This document shows, one piece after another, positions 16,801-26,094 of a DNA stretch of 41,200 nt; the stretch's first letter is position 1, and every line of letters begins with the position of its first letter. A model generated the notes under the pieces. It was given only the letters and a program-made list of their open reading frames with translations. It searched no databases and was not told the DNA's origin. This stretch comes from a virus (lineage: Duplodnaviria > Caudoviricetes). The translations under genes and the position numbers were made by a program. The stretch is from IMG/VR virus record IMGVR_UViG_3300036773_000196, positions 1 to 41,200 of that record, one strand, 5' to 3'.

Positions 16801-19625
16801 ACCCGAAGATCGAACGGCAGGTATCCGCGCTGACGCAGTTCATGGCGAACAAGTTCGGCCAGAGCGCGAGGGCCGCGAAAGAATCCCAGCGCGGGGCGAT
16901 GAAATCGATCATCGAACAGACGACCGGCGCCTCGTCCTCGGTCGCCCGGTCGCTGACCACGATCGGGGCAAACCTCACCTCGGCGCTGCGCGCGCTCGGT
17001 GCCCACGATCTCCCGCAATTCAAAATCCAGTCCGAACAGCGGGGGCACAACCTGACCCCCTCGGCCGGTGAATTCGCCGGCGGCGGCATCACGAAGGTGC
17101 CGGGGAAGGGCCTCCACGACAACGTGCCGCTGAGGGTGAACGGCGGCCTCTCGGCGATCGTCGCCCCCGGTGAGGACGTGATGGTCGTCAACCGCCATCA
17201 GCGGCCGAAACTCGATCGAGCGGTCGCCAACGAATACGGCGTGTCGGGGATGCAGGGCTTCTTCCGCGCGAACCCGACGAAGCACTTCATGGCGAGCGGC
17301 GGCTTCGCCTCCGATTCGATCCCGCTGCCGCGGATCACCGGCGGCTCTCGCTCCGAGCGCGAAGGCGATCAGCGCGGGGTGACGCAGGTGTGGCACGCGG
17401 CGAACGTCTTCCTCGATCGCCACAGCGGCGTGGCGAAAGTCATCCAGAACGGCAGCCGCATGGACGCCCTGCATCAGCCCTACCTCTGGGGCGGCGGCCA
17501 CGGCCCGACCGCCTCGCGGAACGGCCCGTGGGATTGCTCGGGCGGCACCTCCGAGCTCGCCGACGGATCGGGCCTGAAGGGCTCCGATTTCAACTTCCCG
17601 CCGATGGTGAGCGGCGGGTTCGGTTCCTGGGGCAAACCCGGCAAGGGCGACTTCACCGTCCTCTCGAACAATGAGCACGTCTATTCGGTGCTGAAGGATC
17701 ACGGCCGCTACCGCGCGATCGGCACCTCCGAAGAGAACCCCGGCGGGGGGTTCGGCTGGATCAACGGCTACACCTTCCGCGGTGGCTTCAACGTCCGCCA
17801 CGCCGACATCGGGGAAATGATGCGGTCCGGCGGCAACTCGGGCAAAGGGCAGGCTCCGGTGAAGGGCATGGCCGGCGGCGGCTTCGCCAAAGGCCCGTGG
17901 GCCGGGACCTCGATCGACAAGACGTACGCGCAGTCCGATGGCATCAGCACCGGGACGGTCCTCCCTCCCTACGTGATCGAGGCGCTCGCGGAGTGGGCGG
18001 GCCTGCCGGGGATCACGATGTTCCAGATCACCGAGGGCGAGTCATCCGGTCATCCCGGCATGGATATCTCCGACCCGCCGGGGCGCGGCCGGGGCCTCTA
18101 TGCGATGAACAGCGTCACGAGCGGGAACACGCAGTCGAGCAGCGAACTGCGCAATCCGATCCTGAACACCCTCGCCGCGAAGGGCCTCGTCGGAAGCGGG
18201 CTGCCGAACGCGAACATTTGGCACGGCTCGAGTCACGTCACCGGCTGGAACCTCCACTACAGCGGCGACCCCCAGAAGATCGCCGAACACCTGGGCGGAG
18301 GCAAGAAAGCGAAGACGTCCACGGCCAGCGCGGCGGTGGCGAAGACGCCCGCCTACGTGAAGGGCAGCCTCCACGCCGCCTCGAGCGCCGGCGGCGTCGG
18401 GCCCGGCGGCAAAGGCGGCGAAACCGTCCACGTGCAGTACCCGACGCAGACGATCTCGATCGATGCGGCCGTCCCGAAAACCCTTCACGACGTGCGCGCC
18501 GAGCTCGGCCAGCGCCGCCACGAACTCGGCATCCAGAAGCAGGGCCTCCGGCTCGCCAAACGGCAGAAGGACAAAGGCGCGGAAGCGAACTTCACCGCCA
18601 ACATCGAAAAGCTGAAAGCGCGGATCAAGCAGCTGCTCGACACGCAGTCCAAGATGGTGCAGCAGCGGGTCGAACGGAAAGTCGGGAACAAGATCGCCCG
18701 CCGCGGCCTCTTCCCGCCGCTCGAAGCGATCGTCGCCTCCGATGAAGCCGCGTTCCTGCGAGCGTCCGAAATCGCGGGCCAGACGGTGACGCTCGAGCCG
18801 AACGAACCGGACCTCGCCTACTTCGCGCGGGAGGGCGCCGGCTACACCGACGAACTCGCGATCGAGGCGGCGCAGCGGAACAACCTCCTGAACGCGGACC
18901 ACTCCGCGTGGCAACGCGAAATCGATCTCAGCTACCAGATCTCGAACATCGAACTGCTGAAGCAGAGCCACCCGAAAGCGTGGAACAAAAACAAGTACAA
19001 GATCCCCCTCCTGAAAGCGGCGCTCACGCAGGCCCAGGAAACCCGCACCAACTGGAAATCGAAGCTCGGCGAAGTGCAGGGACCCAACGGCCCGCTGGCC
19101 GAACAAGGCTCGCTGCCGAGCGAACCTCAGCCGGGCGTATACGGCGGGAACATCTTCGACACTCAGGTTGCGATCAAGGAACTCGGCCTCAAGGTGTCCG
19201 ACGCCGTGTCGGCGGCCGCCGATGCCAAACGCGAAGAAGAAGAAGCCACCGCGCAGGAAAAACGGGATGCCGAAAACGGCCTTCTCCGCGAACGGAACGA
19301 CGTCCTCGAACGGGAAAAACGCATCCACGACGCCCAACAGCCGGTGCTCGCGGACTACCTGGGGATGAAACTCGCCGGCGGCAAGCTGCCGCGCGACGGC
19401 TACTACTTCGGCCACCGTGATGAGACGGTGGTCCCGGCCGGGGAGTCCTCCGCGCCCGCGGGGGTCCACGTGCTCGAGCCGCACATCCACGTCTCCGATG
19501 ACCTCGCCCCCTACATCAGCGCGACGATCGAGCAGCGCTTCGAGAAGGGCGGCCGGAGGGTCGGCCAAGGTATGTCCACGCCGACGGCGCCGGGGCGCCG
19601 CGCCACCATGAAGGGAGGCCGGTAA
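13863..19625 (+). CDS. tape measure protein with NlpC/P60-like and lytic transglycosylase-like domains
   Basis: 1920 aa, Ala-rich and helical; PYLWGGGH...DCSG...HVY (~17440-17810); ESSG.P...GRGLY.MN...NPILN (~17950-18290). Confidence 0.9.
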   Translation: MADEKFTIKVSMRGEGAVVAGSKVVKGAVRDMSREVDTASRHMNQNVKATDELGRSHERAARSTHNMSSALKDTNARFTGLRNIIGTIKWPALIAGAGYAAQGLGALGAASVALVSALAPLAGALAAGPSLFASFAQGAGVAALALGGVMNALGAMETASLGAGETAASSGKAIESANEGVISAERALASSQTQAKLAQQSLTAARHEAVAELKDLKNASISAALGEERAVLSLREAKQSLRQAERTPGTTGNEIADLELGVRESRQSLHESRLSASRAHGEAARASTRGVSRNPQVVEQNRSLHEAQLSVRESAEGLAKAERSVGESMTESGGAASTLAQKMAALPPAAQTFAKFLYGLKPKLDTLRQTAAKGLLPGVERGITKALPLFPKLNKATGETAVTMAHLTERAGQMVGSKGFGHDFESITKSNTKVIGSLGGAGLSMADALRQVMVVAEPLVEWMATSVKVGAEQIDTLTKQGRASGTLAHFFGETRDVMEKVFTIGSNVAHAFWDIGKAAKPLGDEILVSFVHSSESLAKWTDSLKGQNELKEYFAEAKPGIFEFGRLIRDVTEDTVELSKGKGFFNLTRALRTELLPVLKEVIGNTAEAFGPVLVKALVQIGKLLGTLAGSSGPLTMFVTDVTSMIKILNGAFDNIPGLKTFAVTLIGIATVSKAMKFVGMITGLGSALSIAKKILVTMGLIEATQVGTGVVGGVETAASTIGTTAAAGKVLYGPTGEVISTVENTAGGAAAGAGASRGASIASKAGLMSEAGMITSKGLMLSGVATVAITAANALINPDKTGEDPAHEKELHLKGLEFNVSGGKSEVQLQSLARHFGKTMDKLRVDAAVGMGAIDRALETGLVQANETWEKGTPRWRKHTAEAMHGAVSEIRQGMRLGTISTEEGRDQIGKILRRLHLLTGKDPLGLSEEVTHEFKKTGQITAAGVSDFARQLQQMPKGAREQTRAATTAMLAAWADGHPKIERQVSALTQFMANKFGQSARAAKESQRGAMKSIIEQTTGASSSVARSLTTIGANLTSALRALGAHDLPQFKIQSEQRGHNLTPSAGEFAGGGITKVPGKGLHDNVPLRVNGGLSAIVAPGEDVMVVNRHQRPKLDRAVANEYGVSGMQGFFRANPTKHFMASGGFASDSIPLPRITGGSRSEREGDQRGVTQVWHAANVFLDRHSGVAKVIQNGSRMDALHQPYLWGGGHGPTASRNGPWDCSGGTSELADGSGLKGSDFNFPPMVSGGFGSWGKPGKGDFTVLSNNEHVYSVLKDHGRYRAIGTSEENPGGGFGWINGYTFRGGFNVRHADIGEMMRSGGNSGKGQAPVKGMAGGGFAKGPWAGTSIDKTYAQSDGISTGTVLPPYVIEALAEWAGLPGITMFQITEGESSGHPGMDISDPPGRGRGLYAMNSVTSGNTQSSSELRNPILNTLAAKGLVGSGLPNANIWHGSSHVTGWNLHYSGDPQKIAEHLGGGKKAKTSTASAAVAKTPAYVKGSLHAASSAGGVGPGGKGGETVHVQYPTQTISIDAAVPKTLHDVRAELGQRRHELGIQKQGLRLAKRQKDKGAEANFTANIEKLKARIKQLLDTQSKMVQQRVERKVGNKIARRGLFPPLEAIVASDEAAFLRASEIAGQTVTLEPNEPDLAYFAREGAGYTDELAIEAAQRNNLLNADHSAWQREIDLSYQISNIELLKQSHPKAWNKNKYKIPLLKAALTQAQETRTNWKSKLGEVQGPNGPLAEQGSLPSEPQPGVYGGNIFDTQVAIKELGLKVSDAVSAAADAKREEEEATAQEKRDAENGLLRERNDVLEREKRIHDAQQPVLADYLGMKLAGGKLPRDGYYFGHRDETVVPAGESSAPAGVHVLEPHIHVSDDLAPYISATIEQRFEKGGRRVGQGMSTPTAPGRRATMKGGR

Positions 19626-22223
19626 ATGTCGATCGTCGCTGAGCGTGTAGGGCTGAATCCGCCCGCTGAAGATCCGACCGTGCAGTCCCTCGACTTCGTC
19701 GGGCTGGACCCCTCGTGGGGGATCTACCTGATGGGCCACGACTACGCGCCGCCGAAACCGGAAGCGATCCGATCGGGGAGCGCGGACACCGACGGCGACC
19801 CGGTCGTCTCCACCAAGTACGGCAACCGGACGATCACCGCGAAAGTGCGGGTGGTCGAGCCGAGCGACCCGGCGGCGGTCAACAAGGTCGTCAACCCGAC
19901 CGCCGAGACGGATCTTGTTGGCATCACCAAAGCCGGAACGGCAACGCAGGTGCGGGTCGTCGACCCGCTGGCGACGCCTGTGGGCCTCAACCTCGATACC
20001 TACCTCAGTATGGAAACGAGCACCAGCGGCGCGCGCGGGGTCTGGAAAGCAACCCCGACGATCGGTGTGAAAGAAACCTTCTCGGTCTACGCCCGCGTGA
20101 CGGCCCTGACCGGCGCAGCCTTCGTGCAGGCTGTAGTCCGGACGCCCGCCGCCGCGACGCTGGCGACCTCAGCAAGGATCGAAGCCGTCTCGGCCGAAGG
20201 CGAATGGGTGCGCCTGACGGTGAGCTTCACCGCCACCGAAGCCGGCGAACACGAATTCGCGGTGTGGCAGGGGACCACCGGGACGGCGTCCTACCGCTAC
20301 ACCGCCGGGCAACTCGAGCTCGGAACGGTCGCCACCCACTATTTCGACGGCGACACGCCGGGCTGCGACTGGTCGGGCGCGCGCAACGGCTCGGCCTCCA
20401 CCCGCCCGGCCCCCGACGGGACCCGCTTCTCGAGGATCTGCCGCGACGTCACCCGGCAGATCGACCGGATCAAACGCACCCGGCAGGGCGTCTACCGGCG
20501 GATCTCCGCCCAGGGTGGCCCGATGTACTGGGACCTGCGCGTCGGCGAAATCGCGGAAGCACCGACGGCCTTGGACATCCAGCGCAAACGGGCCGAATAC
20601 GGCCTCAGCTTCGAGGCGCTCCCGGGCGGCCGGACGGCGGAGCAGTTGATCGCGACCAAAGAAGAGGCGGCGCTGCCGTACCTGTCGGTGCTGCTCGAAA
20701 ACGTGCCGGGCGAGTTGCCCGCGCTCGGCCGGGCGCAGATCACCGACAAACAGGGCGTCAACCAGAAGACGGCTTGGTGGGGCCTCGAGCAGACCTTCTA
20801 CAACGCCGCAGCCACGGCCGAACCGTTCTACCTTGCCGAAGGCCGGACGATCCTCTACGGCGCCAAAGCCGCCCTCGCCGGGTCGGCCGGTGCGAACGTC
20901 GTCAAATCCAACGCGCTGAGCGGCGCGGCACAGTCGGTGATCTCGACGCAGACGACGGGCGGCGGCGCCCAACTCTCCCACGCGGGGAACTTCAAGGTGC
21001 TCGCCCGGGTCCATTGTCCGGCCACGAATACGGGGTCGGTGAAGGTGACCTTCAACTACGCGCAGGGCGACTTCGTCGGGACCACCGAATCGGGCAACGC
21101 GACGATCACGAACACCGGCCACTTTCAGGTGGTCGAGCTCGGCATCCTGAACCTTCAGCAGGCGCCGGCGGGCACCGCGCAGCGGTGGGAGGGAAGGGTC
21201 AACGCGGCGATGGTGAGCGGCGCCGGCGTGGTCAACATCGATTACCTGCTCTTCATCCCGGTGAGCGATGGATGGGGGCGGGCTGACGCCCTCGCGATCG
21301 TCTCCGGCGTCCCGCAGCTTCTCGGCTACGACGAATTCACGGCGTCGGCGCTGGCGGCTCTGGCCGGGCAGGCGGCGGCGGTAGGAGGCAACTGGTCCGG
21401 CGCCGGTGCCGCGACGGACTTCACCGTCGCGGAATCGTTCGGCCGCAAGTATGCCCAGCGGACCGCAGTCAACGATGTGGCCGAAACGCCGCGCTATGAG
21501 TTGCTCGGCGCGGGTGAATACGAAGCGATCGAAGGGTCCTGCGAAATCAACCTCGCAGGCGCCAACAGCGCCCAGGGCATCCAAGGGATGATCTCCCGCT
21601 ACGTCGATCCGAACAACTGGTTCATGGTCGCCCTGCAACCGCAGAGCGTGGCGGCGGGGACGGCGCAGAAATGGAACCTGCGGGCCTATAAGAAGGTGGC
21701 CGGGGTGAAAACCACGCTGGCCGAAATCCAGACCAAAATCGGATCGAACACGAATATCTCGTGGCGGGTCCTCAACGATGGGTCATGGACCGCGACGGCG
21801 ACCACGATCGGCACCGGGGAAACGTTCACCATCACCGGCTCCGACGCCGTCCTCAACTCCGCGGGCGCGCTGAAAAAAGGCCGGATCGGGTTGCACGATC
21901 AGTACGTCGAAGCGCTGGCCGCGACCCGCCAGTACGACAACGTCAAATTCGTGGTGCCGCTGATCGACGCGGCGCCGTTCGCGAATCGCGCGCTCGAGAT
22001 CCGAAACGACCGGGCCCGGCGCGAATCCTCCGACGGCACCACCTGGGGGGCGATCGGCAGCTACGCGGGCGACTACCTGCTCGTGCCACCCGCGGGTCCC
22101 GAGAAGCGCGTCTCCCGACTGGTCACCAAGCTGACCCGCAACGCCGAATCCGACGATGGGATCGATGACCTCAAAGGGCAGCTTTGGGTCACGCCCCGCT
22201 ACCTGCACGCCGCCCCCTACTAG
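19626..22223 (+). CDS. distal tail / minor tail protein with inserted carbohydrate-binding-like domains
   Basis: Follows the tape measure gene; YGNRTIT; N...NP..E.D, W.RL.VSFTA, QLELG..AT.YFDG; GRIGL...YDN. Confidence 0.7.
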   Translation: MSIVAERVGLNPPAEDPTVQSLDFVGLDPSWGIYLMGHDYAPPKPEAIRSGSADTDGDPVVSTKYGNRTITAKVRVVEPSDPAAVNKVVNPTAETDLVGITKAGTATQVRVVDPLATPVGLNLDTYLSMETSTSGARGVWKATPTIGVKETFSVYARVTALTGAAFVQAVVRTPAAATLATSARIEAVSAEGEWVRLTVSFTATEAGEHEFAVWQGTTGTASYRYTAGQLELGTVATHYFDGDTPGCDWSGARNGSASTRPAPDGTRFSRICRDVTRQIDRIKRTRQGVYRRISAQGGPMYWDLRVGEIAEAPTALDIQRKRAEYGLSFEALPGGRTAEQLIATKEEAALPYLSVLLENVPGELPALGRAQITDKQGVNQKTAWWGLEQTFYNAAATAEPFYLAEGRTILYGAKAALAGSAGANVVKSNALSGAAQSVISTQTTGGGAQLSHAGNFKVLARVHCPATNTGSVKVTFNYAQGDFVGTTESGNATITNTGHFQVVELGILNLQQAPAGTAQRWEGRVNAAMVSGAGVVNIDYLLFIPVSDGWGRADALAIVSGVPQLLGYDEFTASALAALAGQAAAVGGNWSGAGAATDFTVAESFGRKYAQRTAVNDVAETPRYELLGAGEYEAIEGSCEINLAGANSAQGIQGMISRYVDPNNWFMVALQPQSVAAGTAQKWNLRAYKKVAGVKTTLAEIQTKIGSNTNISWRVLNDGSWTATATTIGTGETFTITGSDAVLNSAGALKKGRIGLHDQYVEALAATRQYDNVKFVVPLIDAAPFANRALEIRNDRARRESSDGTTWGAIGSYAGDYLLVPPAGPEKRVSRLVTKLTRNAESDDGIDDLKGQLWVTPRYLHAAPY

Positions 22224-22231
22224 GAGCCACC

Positions 22232-22450
22232 ATGACCGATTTCCTCGTGATGCACCGCGCAGGCACCGACGATTCCGAATGGCGGCCGGTCGGCACCTTC
22301 TCCGATCGCAAAGCCGCCGAAGTCGAGAACGTGCTCGAAGAGGCGGCGAACGCCGGGGCGGGGCAGTATCTCGCCGTGCCGCTCGGCTATTGCACCCTGC
22401 GCGATGCCTCGAGCAGCATCGTCCTGACCGACCCCGCCGAGTCGGAGTAG
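22232..22450 (+). CDS. small hypothetical tail-region protein
   Basis: AGGAG RBS then ATG 22232. Confidence 0.6.
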   Translation: MTDFLVMHRAGTDDSEWRPVGTFSDRKAAEVENVLEEAANAGAGQYLAVPLGYCTLRDASSSIVLTDPAESE

Positions 22451-22452
22451 TC

Positions 22453-24120
22453 GTGGCGGTCCTCTCGCCCGCCGAACAGGTGGCCGCCCGCGACGGCCGG
22501 CTCGCCGCATCGGTCGAACTGCCGACCGGCAAAGTGAAGCGGTGGGGGCCTGACGAGGCGTCCACCGACGACGTGCTCGCGGGCCTCAACTTCTCGACGT
22601 CGGACCCCGGCGGGTTCAAGGACACGAATTTCGGCCTCGCCCGGGACATCGATATCGAATGGCCCGATCTCCAACTCCTGCTGCCCCTGAACATCTACGG
22701 CGCCGGCGGCCGGATCGCGTGGGAGGGGCGCCTTCAGGAAAGGCCCGGGCGCCACGGGGCCGAGGACGGGATGTCCCCCGGCGCCGTCGGCTGGCAGTCC
22801 CACCTCGCCGATCGCCCGTTCCAAGAGATCTACATCGATGGCGACCTGAGTCAGTTCGACGTGCCGCCGATCAATCGCCAGCTTCAGCTACTCGCCGCGA
22901 GCGCGATCCAGGCCGGGTCCTTCGACGCGGCGAACGCGCCGGAACCGGCGATGGTGTTCAACATCGGCGGCTACACGGCCGCGAACAACGGCCTCTCCAA
23001 GGGGCAGGAGCGGTGGAAGTACGGCACCGGCGTGGACATCGGGGCGATGCGGTTCGACTTCATTGGTGACGGCTCGACCCCGTGGGGCGAGTATGGGCTG
23101 CTCTCGAAGGTGGACACGCAGACCGGCGAAACCGTCCTGACCGCCAACTTCAACGGCGCGAGCTCGGCGAACGTGACGCTGAACGCGCCCGGCGAAGGCT
23201 ACAAATACGCCGCCTTCTCGGCGCTCTACACGGGCACGTTCGCCGGGGTGATGACCAACCTCCACCGCTTCGCGAACGTGAAGATCCTCGGCCGCCACGG
23301 ACTCACGGTCCGCGGCGAATGGCCGAAGATCGGCCTCTACGCCTCCGACGTGGTGGCGGACATCGTCGGGCGGTTCGCACCGAAGTTGAAGTACACGACG
23401 GGGAACGCCGGCTCGATCCAGCCGACCAACTACGTGATTCCGCAGCTCGCCTTCACCGACTCGGTGAAACCGTCGGATGCGATCACGGCGGTGAACGCCT
23501 ACCACCAATTCTCGTGGGGGGTGGAGGACAACCGCAGCTTCTTCTTCCGCCCGACGACGACCTTCCGCAAGCGCTGGCGCATCCGGCGGAGCAAGGGCGA
23601 CTCGGTGGAACTGCTCGGCCCCCAGGCCGACGCCGCGGTCAACGGCGTGGTGGTCACCTTCACCGACGCCGGCGGCGTGACGCGGACGGTCGGGCCACCC
23701 GAATTCCTGACCGCCTACGCGACGTCGGAAGCGCTCCGCGATCTCTCCCCGACCAACCCCGTGAACATCGTCGGCGGCGGCCAGAAGTGGGGCGAACTCT
23801 CGCTCGGCTTCGTCACCGACGTGAGCGGGGCGATCCAGATCGGGGTCATGTGGATGGCCGCGCAACTGAACACCGTCAGTGCCCGCGGCAGCGTCACGGT
23901 GACCGGCGTGGTCGAAGACGAATATGGGGCCTACTGGCCCGCGTGGGCGATGCGCGCGGGCGACTCCGCGACGGTCGTCGACGGCGACAACGTGGAGCGG
24001 CGGATCATCGAAACGACCTACGCGGCCGACTCCCGGCAGGTGAATTGCAACCTCGACGCTACCCCCCACCGTCTCGAAGCGATCATGGAACGGATGGGGA
24101 TCGCGGTCGCCGGGCTGTGA
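22453..24120 (+). CDS. minor tail / baseplate hub-like protein
   Basis: GTG 22453; PGGF, IAWEGRL, MRAGD..TV, IIET.Y; position in the tail module. Confidence 0.7.
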   Translation: MAVLSPAEQVAARDGRLAASVELPTGKVKRWGPDEASTDDVLAGLNFSTSDPGGFKDTNFGLARDIDIEWPDLQLLLPLNIYGAGGRIAWEGRLQERPGRHGAEDGMSPGAVGWQSHLADRPFQEIYIDGDLSQFDVPPINRQLQLLAASAIQAGSFDAANAPEPAMVFNIGGYTAANNGLSKGQERWKYGTGVDIGAMRFDFIGDGSTPWGEYGLLSKVDTQTGETVLTANFNGASSANVTLNAPGEGYKYAAFSALYTGTFAGVMTNLHRFANVKILGRHGLTVRGEWPKIGLYASDVVADIVGRFAPKLKYTTGNAGSIQPTNYVIPQLAFTDSVKPSDAITAVNAYHQFSWGVEDNRSFFFRPTTTFRKRWRIRRSKGDSVELLGPQADAAVNGVVVTFTDAGGVTRTVGPPEFLTAYATSEALRDLSPTNPVNIVGGGQKWGELSLGFVTDVSGAIQIGVMWMAAQLNTVSARGSVTVTGVVEDEYGAYWPAWAMRAGDSATVVDGDNVERRIIETTYAADSRQVNCNLDATPHRLEAIMERMGIAVAGL

Positions 24121-24150
24121 CCGACGCCGCCCGTAGCCTGTCGAGCGTGA

Positions 24151-24351
24151 ATGGTGCCCCCGCTTCAATCACTGGAACGAGCGTGGCCCTTCCTTCGGGA
24201 TCTGATCCTCTTCATGGTGGGTATAGGGCTGCTGATACACGAGGCCCTAGTCGAAGCGCGGCCCCCGGTGATGGCGATCTTCCTAGTGGTCGCCGGAGCG
24301 CCGCTGCCGCTGAGGGCGGACGAACGACGGAAGAGGCGGGAGGACTCTTGA
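24151..24351 (+). CDS. two-TM membrane protein (lysis cassette)
   Basis: RDLILFMVGIGLLIHEAL...MAIFLVVAGAP. Confidence 0.65.
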   Translation: MVPPLQSLERAWPFLRDLILFMVGIGLLIHEALVEARPPVMAIFLVVAGAPLPLRADERRKRREDS

Positions 24352-24455
24352 GGCCCACGTGGTCACACCGGCACCCTTCACTCGCGGTCTACACCGCCAT
24401 CGGGGTGACGCTGATCCTCGTGCTGATGATCCTCGAACTCGCGGGCCTGCTGTGA
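24348..24455 (+). CDS. tiny single-TM protein
   Basis: TTGA-coupled start; LAVYTAIGVTLILVLMILELAGLL. Confidence 0.45.
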   Translation: MRPTWSHRHPSLAVYTAIGVTLILVLMILELAGLL

Positions 24456-24943
24456 GTCGGCCGGGGATCTTCTCGAGCGCGGTCGCGTGGCTGGACGGCC
24501 ACGTGCCGCATGACCCGCGCGTCCTTCGCCTGCTGGACTTCCTGCTGCCCACGCTGATCACCGCCCTGCTCGTGGTGAGCCTGCTTCAGATCGGGCGCGT
24601 GGGGACGATCGCCGAAGAAGCTCGCAACGCCGGGCAGGCTGCCCAGCAGGCGTCCCGCTCGACCCATCGGTTCGCCGCCAAGCTCCGCAGCGGGCTGGTC
24701 GAAAGCTGCCAGAGGAACGGCAACCCGCTTCGCGAAGTGCTGACCGAAGAACAGGAAGCGGCGATCACCGATCCCCACGATCCGCAGATCCGCGAACTGC
24801 TGCCGACCGCGCCACAGTCGGTGATCAACCGGATCATCGCCAAGGGCAACCGTGAACACCGCGAACGGATCCAGAAACTCGCGCCCGTGGAATGCGAGAA
24901 GCAGTACCCGCGATCTGCCGGGTCGTCCGGTCCGCGGCGCTAG
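24452..24943 (+). CDS. single-TM protein with C-terminal helical domain and two Cys
   Basis: GTGA-coupled; FLLPTLITALLVVSLLQI; ESCQR...VECEK. Confidence 0.6.
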   Translation: MSRPGIFSSAVAWLDGHVPHDPRVLRLLDFLLPTLITALLVVSLLQIGRVGTIAEEARNAGQAAQQASRSTHRFAAKLRSGLVESCQRNGNPLREVLTEEQEAAITDPHDPQIRELLPTAPQSVINRIIAKGNREHRERIQKLAPVECEKQYPRSAGSSGPRR

Positions 24944-24976
24944 CCTCCTCGGGTCCTACAACCACGAAGGAGAACG

Positions 24977-25843
24977 ATGTCACCTGCAACGAAACACCCG
25001 ACGAAGCCACGTCACGCGACGGACAAAGCGGTCCACCGCACCCTGCACCTCGTCTCGCCGGTGCTCGAGGGGCCGGACGTGAAGGAGCTTCAGGAAAGCC
25101 TCAACCACCTGCTGGCCCACTACCACTTCGATTGGCGGGTGGTCACCGAGGACGGCGAATACGGCAAGCGCACCGCTCGCGAAGCCGGGTTCGTCGCGGA
25201 CCTGATCGGCCTTGACGACCACATCGTCACCGCCGCCAAGCGCGGCGCGGGCCACCTGTCCGAGCAGACGCAACACATCCTCCGCAACCCGACCGACCGG
25301 ACCAAAGCCGATCGCGGCCGGGAAGAGCGGCGCCACACGCGGTTCCAGAAACTGCGCCGCGACCACAAAGAGGGCATGGCGGCGGCGGTGAAATTCATGC
25401 TCGACCACGTCGGGGTGAACGAGCAGCCGCCCGAATCCAACCGCGGCCCCTTCCCGATCGACGCGGCCGAGGAATGGTTCGGCCTCGGTGCGGTCCCGTG
25501 GTGCGGCTGCGAGGCCGGCTACTCGATCGAGAAAATCGGCGGCCTCGGCCACACCGGCACGTGGTGGCCTTACGCCGGGTCGATCCGCGAGGACGCCATC
25601 GCCGGGCGGAACGGGCTGACGGACATCAACCCGATCCACGCGGACATCGGAGTCGTCTTCACCTTCTTCTCGGGCGGGGACGACCACGTCGGCCTCTGCC
25701 GCGGGAAGACCGTCAACGGGATGATCAAGTCGGTGGAGGGGAACACCTCCTCGCTGACCCACGACTCCGACGGCGGCATCATCGAAACCAAGGAACGGTC
25801 GCTCAGCGAAGTGACGTGCGCGGCGCTGCTGACCGTCAACTAG
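24977..25843 (+). CDS. endolysin: peptidoglycan-binding domain plus CHAP amidase
   Basis: GPDVKELQ..LN...DGEYG.RT; E.P..SNRG, PWCG, DHVG, SVEGNTS. Confidence 0.88.
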   Translation: MSPATKHPTKPRHATDKAVHRTLHLVSPVLEGPDVKELQESLNHLLAHYHFDWRVVTEDGEYGKRTAREAGFVADLIGLDDHIVTAAKRGAGHLSEQTQHILRNPTDRTKADRGREERRHTRFQKLRRDHKEGMAAAVKFMLDHVGVNEQPPESNRGPFPIDAAEEWFGLGAVPWCGCEAGYSIEKIGGLGHTGTWWPYAGSIREDAIAGRNGLTDINPIHADIGVVFTFFSGGDDHVGLCRGKTVNGMIKSVEGNTSSLTHDSDGGIIETKERSLSEVTCAALLTVN

Positions 25844-25854
25844 AAGGAGGCTGC

Positions 25855-26073
25855 ATGACGGAGAAGATCAACCAGGCGCGGGCGAAGTTGACCCGCGCCG
25901 CTACGGACATCCACCCGAAGGTGAAGGTCCCGGCCATCATCGGGACGATCGCCACCCTCGCGCTCGGCATCGCCGCAGCCGTCGGAGCGGGTGTCCCGGC
26001 CGTGATCCCGATCACGAGCGCGGTCACCACCGGCGTGACTACCTTCATGGGCTACGTCACCACCGGGGATTAA
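25855..26073 (+). CDS. holin
   Basis: AGGAGG RBS; IHPKV followed by two hydrophobic segments ending GY; directly after the endolysin. Confidence 0.7.
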   Translation: MTEKINQARAKLTRAATDIHPKVKVPAIIGTIATLALGIAAAVGAGVPAVIPITSAVTTGVTTFMGYVTTGD

Positions 26074-26094
26074 TCCTGCGCGGCGCTGCTCGGC

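Noticed and set aside
11470-24168. Long minus-strand ORFs (e.g. 11470-13143, 13350-15458, 15753-17801, 18042-19739, 20169-21638)
   Set aside because: Antisense shadows of high-GC structural genes; Arg/Gly-rich, with no motifs or RBS
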